From: Elusimicrobiota bacterium | GTDB taxonomy: Bacteria; Elusimicrobiota; Elusimicrobia; FEN-1173 | Length of the DNA stretch: 64,000 nt | Assembly: GCA_041917295.1 (NCBI GenBank) | Contig: JAYRXX010000073.1 | Coordinates: forward strand, 15,244 to 79,243 | Reading direction: 5' to 3' | Shown here: positions 37,977 through 47,857 of the stretch, piece after piece | How the letters are laid out: every line of letters begins with the position of its first letter | Numbering within the stretch: position 1 is the first letter of the stretch | The notes under the pieces: model-generated | The model's input: the letters and a program-made list of their open reading frames with translations, nothing else | What the model was told of the DNA's origin: nothing | Databases searched by the model: none | Made by a program: the position numbers and the translations under genes

Positions 37977-38785
37977 GGTTTTGGAAACGACGATAACAAG
38001 GAGATCAGTTCATCATGGCGAACACCGTTGGTAGCAACGGTTGGGTGCGGATGGGCGTTGCCTTCAGCCGCCGCAAAGGAAAGAGGCGTGCCGTCCCAAT
38101 GGGTCATGCGGCCACCGGCTTCCTCTAAAATAACCAGGGGCGCGCAGGTGTCCCAATGATGGACCGGGTGATGGTTTAAGTAAATGTCCGCCAGCCGCCG
38201 AACCATATACCCCACCTTCACCCCAACGCTGTTGATGGGCTCCAAAAACGACAACCCGCATTTTTGTTCCAAACCACGACGCAATTGATCCGGAAACCCC
38301 TTGGACGTTATGACGGGCATCGCCAACCAATCCGCCCGTTGCGAGACCCGCAGAGGAACCCGCCGGCCCGGGCCCACCAAAAAAGCGCCTTGCCCCCGCT
38401 GCGCCTCAAAACAGGTTTGCGCCACAGGATCAAACACCACCCCCGCGTGAGGCCGCCCTTCTTTTAGAAGGCCCACATGAACGCTGAACCCCGCCAAACC
38501 GCGGACAAACGCCCGGGTCCCGTCCAACGGATCCACCACCCACACATACTCGGACGACGCCGGCCCTTCCCGCCCGGTTTCCTCGCTGAGTATTCCGTGC
38601 TCCGGAAAAGACCGGCGCAGTGCCTCTAAAATTAATGTGTTGGCTTCATGGTCGGCGTTGGTGACCAACGAATGGTCCGCCTTGCGGGCCGTTTCAACCG
38701 TCGAACGCAAAACTTCCATGACACGCCGACCCGCGGCAAAGGCGGCCTCGCGGGCCACATCCAACAATTCGCTTGTCTCAACCAT
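37973..38785 (-). CDS. cysQ: Inositol monophosphatase / 3'(2'),5'-bisphosphate nucleotidase (CysQ) family protein
   Basis: WVVDPLDGT and HHWDTCA metal-binding motifs. Confidence 0.8.
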   Translation of the reverse strand: MVETSELLDVAREAAFAAGRRVMEVLRSTVETARKADHSLVTNADHEANTLILEALRRSFPEHGILSEETGREGPASSEYVWVVDPLDGTRAFVRGLAGFSVHVGLLKEGRPHAGVVFDPVAQTCFEAQRGQGAFLVGPGRRVPLRVSQRADWLAMPVITSKGFPDQLRRGLEQKCGLSFLEPINSVGVKVGYMVRRLADIYLNHHPVHHWDTCAPLVILEEAGGRMTHWDGTPLSFAAAEGNAHPHPTVATNGVRHDELISLLSSFPKP

Positions 38786-39536
38786 GGGCCGGGGGCGGCG
38801 GCAGGTGAAGGCCGCACTCTTTGGACGCGTCTTGGTTCAACCAGCGCCATCGGCCCGCTCGGCGCGGTTCAAAGGGCCCGATCGGCGTTGTGCAGATGAC
38901 GCATCCCAGCGATTCGTAACGCCACCCGCCCGGAAATTCCCGGTTCATGAGGGGGTTCACGGGCACGCCGTTGGCTTGGGCATAGTCCCTCACTTTCGAT
39001 TCGGGCCAATCGACCAACGGCGACACTTTCAAAAGAGATCGTTTTTTACCGTCTTCCACGCGCTCAATAATTTCGGCCCGGGGCGTTTTCTGGCGACCGG
39101 CGGATTGGTCCGCCGTCAACCCCGTCACCCACACGTCCAAGGTCCGCAACACCCGTTCGTTGGGCAAAACTTTTCGAACCCGGCAACACAATTCCTGTTT
39201 CTCTTTGGAATCAAAGAACAGGTATTCCCCGTTTTCCTCAATCAAGGCCTTTAACTCCCTTGGATCAGGGTGAATACGCTCGATTTTGACACCGTATTTT
39301 TTCTCCACCGCATCAAAAAGGGCCAGGGTTTCCGGAAAAAGGCGTCCCGTGTCCACCGTGTAGACCCGGGGTTTAAACCCCGCTTTCACGCACAGGTCAA
39401 GGGTGACTTCCCCGGTCAGTTGGCCGCTGGTGGCGATGGCCATGCGATCACCAAACCGATCGTGCAGAGTTTTTAAAAACACGCTCACATCGGCGATGGG
39501 TTTTAACATTTCCAGCAGTTCGGGCGTTACGGACAT
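38778..39536 (-). CDS. cysH: Phosphoadenosine/adenosine phosphosulfate reductase (CysH family, Fe-S type)
   Basis: PAPS_reduct fold (ATSGQ..., DTGRLFPET) and a C-terminal CC...ECGLH cysteine cluster typical of APS reductases. Confidence 0.82.
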   Translation of the reverse strand: MSVTPELLEMLKPIADVSVFLKTLHDRFGDRMAIATSGQLTGEVTLDLCVKAGFKPRVYTVDTGRLFPETLALFDAVEKKYGVKIERIHPDPRELKALIEENGEYLFFDSKEKQELCCRVRKVLPNERVLRTLDVWVTGLTADQSAGRQKTPRAEIIERVEDGKKRSLLKVSPLVDWPESKVRDYAQANGVPVNPLMNREFPGGWRYESLGCVICTTPIGPFEPRRAGRWRWLNQDASKECGLHLPPPPAHG

Positions 39537-39655
39537 GGGACGGCCTCCTGTTAAATGGAAATTGTAACAAAACCGGATGCCCCTTCTCAGTCCCGCTTTC
39601 CTTTGGGGGGTTGATTTTGAGTGGTTGCGGGGTTATATGTGTAAGGATAGAAACA

Positions 39656-39922
39656 ACTAGTGTAGTGATTCCAACAGATCTTGACATTTGGAGGCCCGAA
39701 TCCGACCGGATTCGAGGCGCGAGGAGGGAGCAATGCGGGCCATTGTGACTGACGAGCAACGAAGAAGCCGGACGGAGGCGGGCCTCCCAAAGGGCTGGGT
39801 GCTTTTGGACTGCGCCATTGCCAAATTTCGCTTACATACACCCGGTATGCGCGCGAAATTTGGCTTCGGCTCGCCTCAAAATCACCCGGCCAAATATCAA
39901 GATCTGTTGGAATCACTACACT
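39656..39922. mobile_element. 267-bp MITE-like element with 35-bp terminal inverted repeats (34/35) and a highly structured interior
   Basis: Left ctagtgtagtgattccaacagatcttgacatttgg. The right ccaaatatcaagatctgttggaatcactacactag is its reverse complement with one mismatch. Internal hairpins include cgaatccgaccggattcg and ccaaatttcgc...gcgaaatttgg. Confidence 0.65.
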
Positions 39923-39933
39923 AGGACGGGACC

Positions 39934-42165
39934 GTGGTTAAACTTCACGATCGGCTGAAATCGCATTACAGAAATTTTTTCAAAGGCCCCACCGGCGCCA
40001 TGAACGTTTTGTTTCGCCGGTGGGTCCGTGCCGTTAACGACGCCCTTTGGAAAGACGAAGAAACCCGCCAAACACTCCAGAACACCATACAATCCAACGC
40101 GGTTCAATTGGCTCGCACAACATCGTATCTTCGGGCGGTGTTCGAAGCGTTTCCCGACATTTTTTTGGTCGTTGACCAGCGTGGACGCATTGTGGAAACC
40201 AGCGGCGCCGCCCTGGACGCGTTGGGCCGGCCCGCGTCGGGCTGGGTGGGAAAACCCCTGGCTGAATTTCCCAACGCGGAGATCGGGCGCCGCCTACACG
40301 AAGCGATGGGCCGCGCCCTTCACACACGCGAAACCGGGTCGGAAGAATTTGCCTTTTTGGGCAAACAGGGAATGTCATTTTACGAAGCCCGCCTGCGTGC
40401 CACCGGCGACGGCCAAATTGTGTTGATCGCCCGCGACATCACCAGCCGCCGCAACGCCCTGGACGCACTGAAATCCTCCGAAGAGCGCTACGCCATCGCC
40501 GCCCAAGCCGCCAACGATGGGTTGTTCGATTGGCATTTGCCCAGCGACCGCATTTTTTTCTCTCCCCGATGGAAAAGCATTCTGGGGTTCGCGGAAACCG
40601 AATTTGAAAATCACCCCAAAGCCTGGTGGGACCGCATTCATCCCGACGATGCGGAGCTGGTTCTTCAATCCTTCGATCACCTGGGCCGTGAAGGCCACGA
40701 CACGCTGGAAATCCAATACCGCATCCGCCACCGGGACAACGGCTATCGTTGGGTGTCCACCCGCGGCGTGATGGTCCGCGACACCTCCGGCGCGCCGTAC
40801 CGCGTCGTGGGGTCCCAAACCGACATCACGCCCCGCAAAGAAGCCGAGGAACGCCTGCGACACGAAGGGTTCCACGACAAAGTCACCGGCCTGGCCAACC
40901 GCGCGCTGTTTATGGACCGGCTCACCAACGTCATCGACCGGATAAAGCGCCAACCCGGCTACATCGTGGCCGTGATCTATGTCGACCTGGATCGGTTCCG
41001 CTCCGTCAACGAACGGCTCGGCCACGAACCGGCCGACCGTCTCTTGGAAGCGGTCGCCGCCCGGTTGCGCTCGTTTGCCCGGGTTGGCGACACCGTCGCG
41101 CGGTTGGGTGACGACGAGTTCGCCATATTGCTGGACGGAATTCCCAACGACCGCGCCGCGGTGGTGTTCGCCGACCGGATGCGCGAACTTATCGCCTCCC
41201 CTTGCGATGTGGGACCCGAAGAGATCACCGTCACCGCCAGTTTCGGCGTGACGCTCAACAGCCCCGACGCGGCCACCGCCGAAGCGCTTCTTAACGAAGC
41301 CGAAAGCGCCATGCAGCGGGCCAAACAGGCGGGAAAAAATTGCGTGGAGCTTTTCAGCCGTGAAAATTACTCCCGCCTCGTTTCCAAACTGCGCATTGAA
41401 ACCGACTTGCGCCACGCCGCACAGCGGGGCGAACTGGAATTGTTCTACCAACCCATCTACGACGTGGCCCAGGGCCACCTGACCCGGCTGGAAGCCCTTG
41501 TGCGCTGGAACCATCCCCAACGGGGAATGGTATCGCCGTTGGAATTTATTCCCATCGCGGAAGAAACGGGATTAATTTTAACGGTGGGTGACTGGGTGAT
41601 TCAGACGGCGTGCGATCAAGCCAAATTGTGGCGTGAGGCCGGCGTGTCGGGGGTGGGCATTGCCGTCAACGTGTCTCCCCGCCAATTTCAGCAAGACAAC
41701 GTGTTGGCCCAGTTTGGCGCCGCGTTTACTAAAATGGCGGCACACGGGTTCGCGTTGGAACTGGAAATCACGGAAGGCGCCGCCATGAACGACGTGGACC
41801 AGTCCGTGAAAGTTCTGCGAAGCCTGCGCGAAATGGGCGTGCGCATTTCCATTGACGATTTCGGCGTGGGTTATTCGTCCTTAAGTTGCCTCAGGCTGTT
41901 CCCGCTCAATACGCTAAAAATTGACCGCGGGTTCGTCCAGGGCGTGCCCCAGGCCAAAGACAACACGGCCATCACCCACGCCATTGTCGGTATTGCGCAC
42001 AGTTTGGGCCTGACCGTTGTGGCCGAAGGGGTGGAAACCGAGGTCCAATTGACCTACTTAAGAGAACTCGGATGCGAGGAAGCCCAAGGGTTTCTGTTGG
42101 GCCGCCCTCTGCGGGCCAAAGACGTGGCGCCGCTATTGGAAATCAGGGGTAAGACGATTCCATGA
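39934..42165 (+). CDS. PAS/PAC - GGDEF (degenerate, GDDEF) - EAL domain protein; likely a c-di-GMP phosphodiesterase
   Basis: The GGDEF motif reads RLGDDEF. EAL motifs are intact: EALVRW, DDFGVGYSS, KIDRGFV, EGVET, QGFLLGRP. Confidence 0.88.
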   Translation: MVKLHDRLKSHYRNFFKGPTGAMNVLFRRWVRAVNDALWKDEETRQTLQNTIQSNAVQLARTTSYLRAVFEAFPDIFLVVDQRGRIVETSGAALDALGRPASGWVGKPLAEFPNAEIGRRLHEAMGRALHTRETGSEEFAFLGKQGMSFYEARLRATGDGQIVLIARDITSRRNALDALKSSEERYAIAAQAANDGLFDWHLPSDRIFFSPRWKSILGFAETEFENHPKAWWDRIHPDDAELVLQSFDHLGREGHDTLEIQYRIRHRDNGYRWVSTRGVMVRDTSGAPYRVVGSQTDITPRKEAEERLRHEGFHDKVTGLANRALFMDRLTNVIDRIKRQPGYIVAVIYVDLDRFRSVNERLGHEPADRLLEAVAARLRSFARVGDTVARLGDDEFAILLDGIPNDRAAVVFADRMRELIASPCDVGPEEITVTASFGVTLNSPDAATAEALLNEAESAMQRAKQAGKNCVELFSRENYSRLVSKLRIETDLRHAAQRGELELFYQPIYDVAQGHLTRLEALVRWNHPQRGMVSPLEFIPIAEETGLILTVGDWVIQTACDQAKLWREAGVSGVGIAVNVSPRQFQQDNVLAQFGAAFTKMAAHGFALELEITEGAAMNDVDQSVKVLRSLREMGVRISIDDFGVGYSSLSCLRLFPLNTLKIDRGFVQGVPQAKDNTAITHAIVGIAHSLGLTVVAEGVETEVQLTYLRELGCEEAQGFLLGRPLRAKDVAPLLEIRGKTIP

Positions 42166-43397
42166 AAAATAAGTATATCGTTCTGGGGGCGGGGTCCCAA
42201 GGGGTGGCCGCGGCATTTGACTTGGCGTTAAACGGGTCGGCTTCTCGGGTCACCCTGGCCGACATCTCCCTCGCGAAATCCCGGGCGGCCGTTCAACGGA
42301 TTCGCGGTTTGTTGGCTGCCCGCCGGGCTCCGTGTCCGCGGTTGACCGCATCGGTCGTGGACGCGCAACGGGAATCCGACCTTTACAAAACCATTCTCGG
42401 CCACGACGGCGTCCTGTGCGCCCTGCCCAGCCGGCTCAACCTGGGCGCGGCCCGGGCCTCGATTGCCGCGCGGGCTCATTACGTGGATTTGGGAGGACCC
42501 TACGAGACCACCCAGGATATTTTGCGCTTGGATCGGCCCGCCCAAAAAATGGGTGTGGCCCTGGTTCCCGACGCCGGCATGGCCCCTGGGCTTTGCAACG
42601 CCGTGGCGGCCGACGGCATCGCCCAACTGGAAAAAACTCACAGCGTGCGAATCTACGCCGGGACTCTGCCCGAACGGCCCGTTCCTCCGCTGAATTACAA
42701 ACGGGTCTCGGACCTGGACGGCGTTTTCGCCAACTATTTCGGAACCGCCCACATTTTAAAAAATGGGCAAGTGACCCAGGCCGCCGGGTTTTCAGATCGA
42801 GAAACCATTTCGTTCCCCGCGCCGTTGGGCCCCCTGGAAGCGTTCGTGACCGGCGGGGCGACCTCCACCGCCCCGTGGACGTTCGAAGGACGCGTGCGAA
42901 GTTACGTTTTTAAAACCCTCCGATATCCGGGGCACCACGAAAAAATTTTAGCCATTAAAGAGCTGGGCCTTCTGGAAGAAAAACCGACGGTCGTCAACGG
43001 CCAAACGATTTCACCTCGAAAACTGTTTTTGGCCATCGCCCAACCGCGGTTGGAACATCCCGAGATCCGCGACCTCGCCATCCTGCACGCGGCGGTCAGC
43101 GGCCAGCACGCCGGAAGAAACGTCGAACGGACTTACGACTTGTTGGAATACGAAGACGGCGCCACCGGGTTTTCCGCTTTGCAACGGGTGGCGGGATTTT
43201 CGGCGGCCGCGGCGCTGGCTTTGCTGGTCACCGAGGCGGTTCGGGCCCGGGGCCTGGCGCCCCTCGAACGATCGTTTCCTTCGTCGCTTTATTTGGAATC
43301 CGTCCAAAAACGGGGTCTTCGCCTGCGCGTTCTTTCAGCGTCCCCGGACTCCGACAGCAACGGCTTTTCTCTTAAAAAAGATTCCGGTATCCAATAA
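42162..43397 (+). CDS. Saccharopine dehydrogenase NADP-binding family oxidoreductase
   Basis: N-terminal IVLGAGSQG Rossmann motif and the Sacchrp_dh architecture. Overlaps the upstream stop by 4 nt. Confidence 0.65.
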   Translation: MKNKYIVLGAGSQGVAAAFDLALNGSASRVTLADISLAKSRAAVQRIRGLLAARRAPCPRLTASVVDAQRESDLYKTILGHDGVLCALPSRLNLGAARASIAARAHYVDLGGPYETTQDILRLDRPAQKMGVALVPDAGMAPGLCNAVAADGIAQLEKTHSVRIYAGTLPERPVPPLNYKRVSDLDGVFANYFGTAHILKNGQVTQAAGFSDRETISFPAPLGPLEAFVTGGATSTAPWTFEGRVRSYVFKTLRYPGHHEKILAIKELGLLEEKPTVVNGQTISPRKLFLAIAQPRLEHPEIRDLAILHAAVSGQHAGRNVERTYDLLEYEDGATGFSALQRVAGFSAAAALALLVTEAVRARGLAPLERSFPSSLYLESVQKRGLRLRVLSASPDSDSNGFSLKKDSGIQ

Positions 43398-45532
43398 TCG
43401 TTTTGCGGGCGCCAGCCCGAATCTTTCGCCAACGTCCGAAAAAAAATGTCTTTTAATTCTTTGGTGCGATCCTTATAAGCCCGAGCGAGCAACCAGGTCG
43501 GTCCGCTTGCGGGCACCGCCACCGAATCAAACACCCATTCCACTCCGTTCAAACGGGGCCGGTACGACACCCGCTCCAAACCCAATTGAATTACCCGGTC
43601 GCAAAATAGGCGGAACGGGTCTTCCCACACCGAGGAACGGCAAAATCGGCCGGGCCAACCGCGGTCTTCCACCAGGATGTCCCACGGGGACGGTAAGTTT
43701 AGACCGCGAGCCGCCTGCTCGTTGGGAACAGAGGCCTCCTTGAGAATCACGTTTCCCTCGCCATCCGGTGGGGCGTCGGTCAAGGAGAGGCCCTCCCAAG
43801 CGGATGGAGGCTCAACCCCCACCAGGCGCGCCGCCGTGGGGGCCACATCCACCGCTCGCCGGGGCGCTGTGTCGAAAGCCGCGGCAACAACAGGCTGTGG
43901 CCCGTCCCAGGCCACGAAGGGAAGCCCCTCGAACGCCGGTCCGTCCAATCGGCGTGCGCGCTCTATTTCGGCCGATGACAACAAAGCCGCCCGCGGCGAC
44001 CACGCCGCCACCGCCGTGTTTTCGTCCAAACCCCGTCGGGCCAGACGATCAAAAATCCGGCCGACGGCCTTATGGGTCTCGCGCAGAGATTCAGCGTAAA
44101 ACCGCCGCAGAGCGATTTCTTCGTTGGATGTCAAAAGCGAAAGGTCGAACCCGCGGCCGGGCCGGTGAAAGAAGGAATCGTTGGCCAACCCCAACCGGGC
44201 CGCCGCCCGGGGCGACACCACCGCGCAAGCCGACCCCGGCGACGAAAAATGGACCCACAGAAAAAAGCGGGACCGTTTTTGCAGGAGGCGCAACACATCG
44301 TCCGCCTCTTCCGCCAACAGAGCCGGATCCGCCATTAAAATCGAGCCCCGCAACCCCAACCGCCGCCCCCATCGTCCGGAAAGATACGGCAGAAGGTGGG
44401 GCGACCGTTCCACCAGGCGGCGCCCCATCCGCGCCGCAGCATGGGACGATGCCATCCAATGGTGATCAAATCCGCCCGCTATTCGGTCGAGAAAACCCGA
44501 CGGCCCGTCGGCCAAAAGCGCCGTGGTCCACCCTCCGCTTTTGAGCAGGTCCGTCAACGTCTCCGCGCCGGCCATCCCGGCGGCAACCGACTCAAAATCG
44601 TGGCGGATCCCGTGTGCCAACGGCGAAACGCCGGAAATAGCCGTCGCCAAGACCGGAGACAGATCCGCGATCGGAGCCACGGTTCCCACCCGGACAAGGG
44701 GGCCACGCTCCTTTTTTTTCAATTGAGACACGTCGCCCGAAGTTTCGTTCATGGGGGCCCGCCAACCATCAATGGTAATCAAAAGAAGGTTTGGTCCGCT
44801 GTTCCGTTCTGATTGGCTCCAACGCACGCCCCACACCCCACCCGCAAACACCACAAGCGCGCCCCCCAGCACCATCGTGGCCAACCGCGTCGGCCGCGAG
44901 AAACCCATCCACCACGTGTAAAATCGAATTCCCAACTCCGCCACAGCCAAGGCCATTCCCACGGCGACCAGGGCCGTGGCCGCGCCCACCCACAACGTTG
45001 ATTCCGGCAAGACCGCCGCCCGGTGAAACCCGGCCGCCCATCCGCCCCGGTCTAAGAACGTCTCCTGATACAACGCCGGATGGCGCGCCGCGTCGCGCAT
45101 CAACAGGATCCAGTGGGCGGCGAAGATCATCCCCCCGCTCAACACCCCGCCGACCCAGGGTTTTAATCGGCGGACAGAAAAACGAGGATTTAACCTCGCC
45201 AGGAGACCCCCGGCATTTTTTGCCCACACCCCCCACGCGGCTCCCATCAGAATGTGAACACCCAACAACAAAACCTGGGCCACCGCCATTCGTCCGGCAT
45301 ACCACACCCGAACGTCCGGCACTATTTCCCCACCCAGTTCTGGCCCCCACACGGTCCAGGGTCCGGCCTGCCACCGGCCCAGGGCCCATAACCCCACGAA
45401 CACAGCCACGCCCGCCCGGCCTTCCACCGACACAAACGAGTCCCGCGTTGTGACCACCATGTCCCGACCGCTGGCAAGGCCCCATTGGCGCAGGAGGCTT
45501 AACCCATCTCGAACCCGAGCCCGAAACGTCAC
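43289..45532 (-). CDS. Polytopic membrane protein with an alkaline-phosphatase-superfamily (sulfatase/LTA-synthase-like) periplasmic domain
   Basis: Multiple N-terminal TM helices, then NLLLITIDGWR in place of the sulfatase N-terminal motif. No CxPxR FGly motif. Confidence 0.55.
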   Translation of the reverse strand: MTFRARVRDGLSLLRQWGLASGRDMVVTTRDSFVSVEGRAGVAVFVGLWALGRWQAGPWTVWGPELGGEIVPDVRVWYAGRMAVAQVLLLGVHILMGAAWGVWAKNAGGLLARLNPRFSVRRLKPWVGGVLSGGMIFAAHWILLMRDAARHPALYQETFLDRGGWAAGFHRAAVLPESTLWVGAATALVAVGMALAVAELGIRFYTWWMGFSRPTRLATMVLGGALVVFAGGVWGVRWSQSERNSGPNLLLITIDGWRAPMNETSGDVSQLKKKERGPLVRVGTVAPIADLSPVLATAISGVSPLAHGIRHDFESVAAGMAGAETLTDLLKSGGWTTALLADGPSGFLDRIAGGFDHHWMASSHAAARMGRRLVERSPHLLPYLSGRWGRRLGLRGSILMADPALLAEEADDVLRLLQKRSRFFLWVHFSSPGSACAVVSPRAAARLGLANDSFFHRPGRGFDLSLLTSNEEIALRRFYAESLRETHKAVGRIFDRLARRGLDENTAVAAWSPRAALLSSAEIERARRLDGPAFEGLPFVAWDGPQPVVAAAFDTAPRRAVDVAPTAARLVGVEPPSAWEGLSLTDAPPDGEGNVILKEASVPNEQAARGLNLPSPWDILVEDRGWPGRFCRSSVWEDPFRLFCDRVIQLGLERVSYRPRLNGVEWVFDSVAVPASGPTWLLARAYKDRTKELKDIFFRTLAKDSGWRPQNDYWIPESFLREKPLLSESGDAERTRRRRPRFWTDSK

Positions 45533-47844
45533 GGATTCTCCTCCTCACTCAACGCCGGCGACACCCGTCCCAACGAGACCACGGTGTCCGTGGACGGCCG
45601 CGGCGGAGCCCATCCGTCCAACCACCCGAACTTTGTTTTGTCGAACCATTCGTCGCCCTTGATTTCAAACAGGGGAACGCCCCAGCGACCCACCTGAATA
45701 CGGGACGTATCCATTGATTTTCCGTTGACCAAGATCCGCAAACGAAACGGGACCAACGGCGGCCAGGTTCGAAATCGGATATCGCCCGTCACCGCCGTGG
45801 TGGAAAAAGTGAACTCGTACGCCCCCAACCGGCGGCCCCCCACGGAACTCGACACCTCTCCCAATTGGCCCTGAACGCAATTGACCATACCGTCCACCCT
45901 CTGCCCCGCGGGGTTTAGAAACGACAGGCGAATCTCCGCCGGATCGGGATCCAATTCATCCAAAACATCCCGGAGCCGCGCCAATACGTTTCTCCGTTCG
46001 AAGGCCAGATTTTTAAGTTCGCCGGGATCGGTCCACAAATCAAACATCTCTTCCGCTGGAAAATCCGTCCAGGCTCCATGTCCACCCCCCCTCCACGTGG
46101 GCACGATCGGCCGATTGGGTCCATGACGAATATATTTGTATCGACCGTCCACCACAACCGCCTTGGCTCGGGCCGATCGAATTACCCAGGCCCCGCTGGA
46201 ATCGGAGGATGATACCGCCTTCTCCGGCACCCACGCCCGTCCGCGCCCCGCCGCAAAAGGAATCTGGAGACTCCCCAACAAGGTTGGGCCCACATCCGGT
46301 ATTTGCCCCGGCGACCGACACAAACCGGGCGCCCAGCGTTGCAACGCGCGCAGGCCGAAAACGACCCGAATTTCCTGTTCTCTCATTGCCCACCCGGCCT
46401 CGCCGATGACCCTGGTTTTTCGTCGCGCGGGTTGACCATAAATAATCGGCGCCGGAAGAGAAGCCCTTCCGCTCAACGACACGGTCCCGGCAATCCACTC
46501 GGTTTCTTTTTTGTCCAAAGTATCCACCACACGTCCGAAATACTCGTCGCGGTAAGCGTCTTCCCCTGTTCGTTTCCAGCGGGCCCAATCCGTGGCCTTA
46601 ACGGAAAAAGACCGGGCCCAAAAACGGACCGGCGCCCACCGCCCGCGGGGCGTGTCCGCCAAATAGAGAAACACCAGGTCTGCTGACGACGATGAATCCT
46701 GCACCCACGACACCGCTCGGCCCGCCGCGTGAATGGTGTCGTATCCGTCGTGGGGAACCCAATGGATCTCGTCAAATCCCGCCCGGTCCAACATCGCCAT
46801 CATGTCGTCGGAGAAAGCCCCCACCGCCCGTGTTCGGTATCCCAAACGGCCCAAGGCCTCCGGCCACCCGCCGGTGGATAAAAAGACCAGCTGTTCCATG
46901 GACTCGTTGGAGCGGACATCGGCCGTGTAAAAAAAGGGGAACGATAGGGATTCGCCTAAAAAACCAGAGAGACGGGACCGCCCGGGTTGAGAGGAAAACA
47001 AAAGCCCCTCCGGCGTGGATTCAAAGGCTATTAAAAGGACCGGCAAATCCAGGGGGTTCTTTCGTGCCCGCACGGCCGCGGGCGTTGGTTGCGGAGAACA
47101 AATTTCCGGTGTACCCCACAACGCCAAACCGGATTGATCCGGACCGGCCTGGTCAACCGGAGCGCTGATCAACCGAATCCAAACCGACCGTCCGACCCAG
47201 TCGGCTAAGTCAACCCGCAAGGCACGCCATTGTTCGTCTTCTTGTTCAGCACCCTGAACGAAAACTTTCAGCCGGGCAAGGATCCCTTGATTTTTGTGTG
47301 CGTACGCGTGCCGGGGCGCCGAGAGGGTTTCGGAATACACGCGTTTGATTTCACCTGAAGAAAGTTCTTCGAGCTCGATAGAAAACCGAACGTCTGTCCC
47401 CTTCGTCACCATCCCGATTCGACTTTGGAACCACGCCCCCGCCGGAACGACGCCCCTCCATTCAAAAACCGATCCCACCGCCCCCGCCAGAGAGATTAAT
47501 CGTGTCCGTCCAGGCCCATCGCCCAAGTTAACCCGGGCCACCCCCGGCCGAGCCGGGTCCCATACAAAATTTGTTTCGGGATGATCTTGCAGAAGAGCGA
47601 CGGTGTCCGTGCCCGACACGCTGTTTTTTAGGAGGACACCCCCCAAAGCCGTCAAGGGGATCCGACCGATTCGTGCGTTTCCTTCAGAAGAAAGAGTTGG
47701 ATCGGTCGTTCGGGGAAACGGAATTCGCCGGTCGTCCACCACGCTCTGGCGAACGAAATAATATCCGGCGCCGAGGAGAAGAAACAGCGCCCCCACCACC
47801 AACACCAGGGCGGACCGTTTCAGCCAACGGATCCAGGAAATCAA
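45529..47844 (-). CDS. Sulfatase-family (alkaline phosphatase superfamily) protein with an N-terminal signal anchor
   Basis: Signal anchor LVLVVGALFLLLGAGYYF. PVLLIAFESTP and a C-terminal FDLWTDPGELKNLA sulfatase-family motif. No Cys/Ser-x-P-x-R. Confidence 0.55.
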   Translation of the reverse strand: MISWIRWLKRSALVLVVGALFLLLGAGYYFVRQSVVDDRRIPFPRTTDPTLSSEGNARIGRIPLTALGGVLLKNSVSGTDTVALLQDHPETNFVWDPARPGVARVNLGDGPGRTRLISLAGAVGSVFEWRGVVPAGAWFQSRIGMVTKGTDVRFSIELEELSSGEIKRVYSETLSAPRHAYAHKNQGILARLKVFVQGAEQEDEQWRALRVDLADWVGRSVWIRLISAPVDQAGPDQSGLALWGTPEICSPQPTPAAVRARKNPLDLPVLLIAFESTPEGLLFSSQPGRSRLSGFLGESLSFPFFYTADVRSNESMEQLVFLSTGGWPEALGRLGYRTRAVGAFSDDMMAMLDRAGFDEIHWVPHDGYDTIHAAGRAVSWVQDSSSSADLVFLYLADTPRGRWAPVRFWARSFSVKATDWARWKRTGEDAYRDEYFGRVVDTLDKKETEWIAGTVSLSGRASLPAPIIYGQPARRKTRVIGEAGWAMREQEIRVVFGLRALQRWAPGLCRSPGQIPDVGPTLLGSLQIPFAAGRGRAWVPEKAVSSSDSSGAWVIRSARAKAVVVDGRYKYIRHGPNRPIVPTWRGGGHGAWTDFPAEEMFDLWTDPGELKNLAFERRNVLARLRDVLDELDPDPAEIRLSFLNPAGQRVDGMVNCVQGQLGEVSSSVGGRRLGAYEFTFSTTAVTGDIRFRTWPPLVPFRLRILVNGKSMDTSRIQVGRWGVPLFEIKGDEWFDKTKFGWLDGWAPPRPSTDTVVSLGRVSPALSEEENP

Positions 47845-47857
47845 ATGGGGATCCGGA

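Noticed and set aside
39688-39924. 78-aa ORF inside the 267-bp MITE-like element
   Set aside because: It lies entirely within a hairpin-rich inverted-repeat element, has no RBS, and its translation is Arg-rich with no similarity to anything. It is more likely non-coding.
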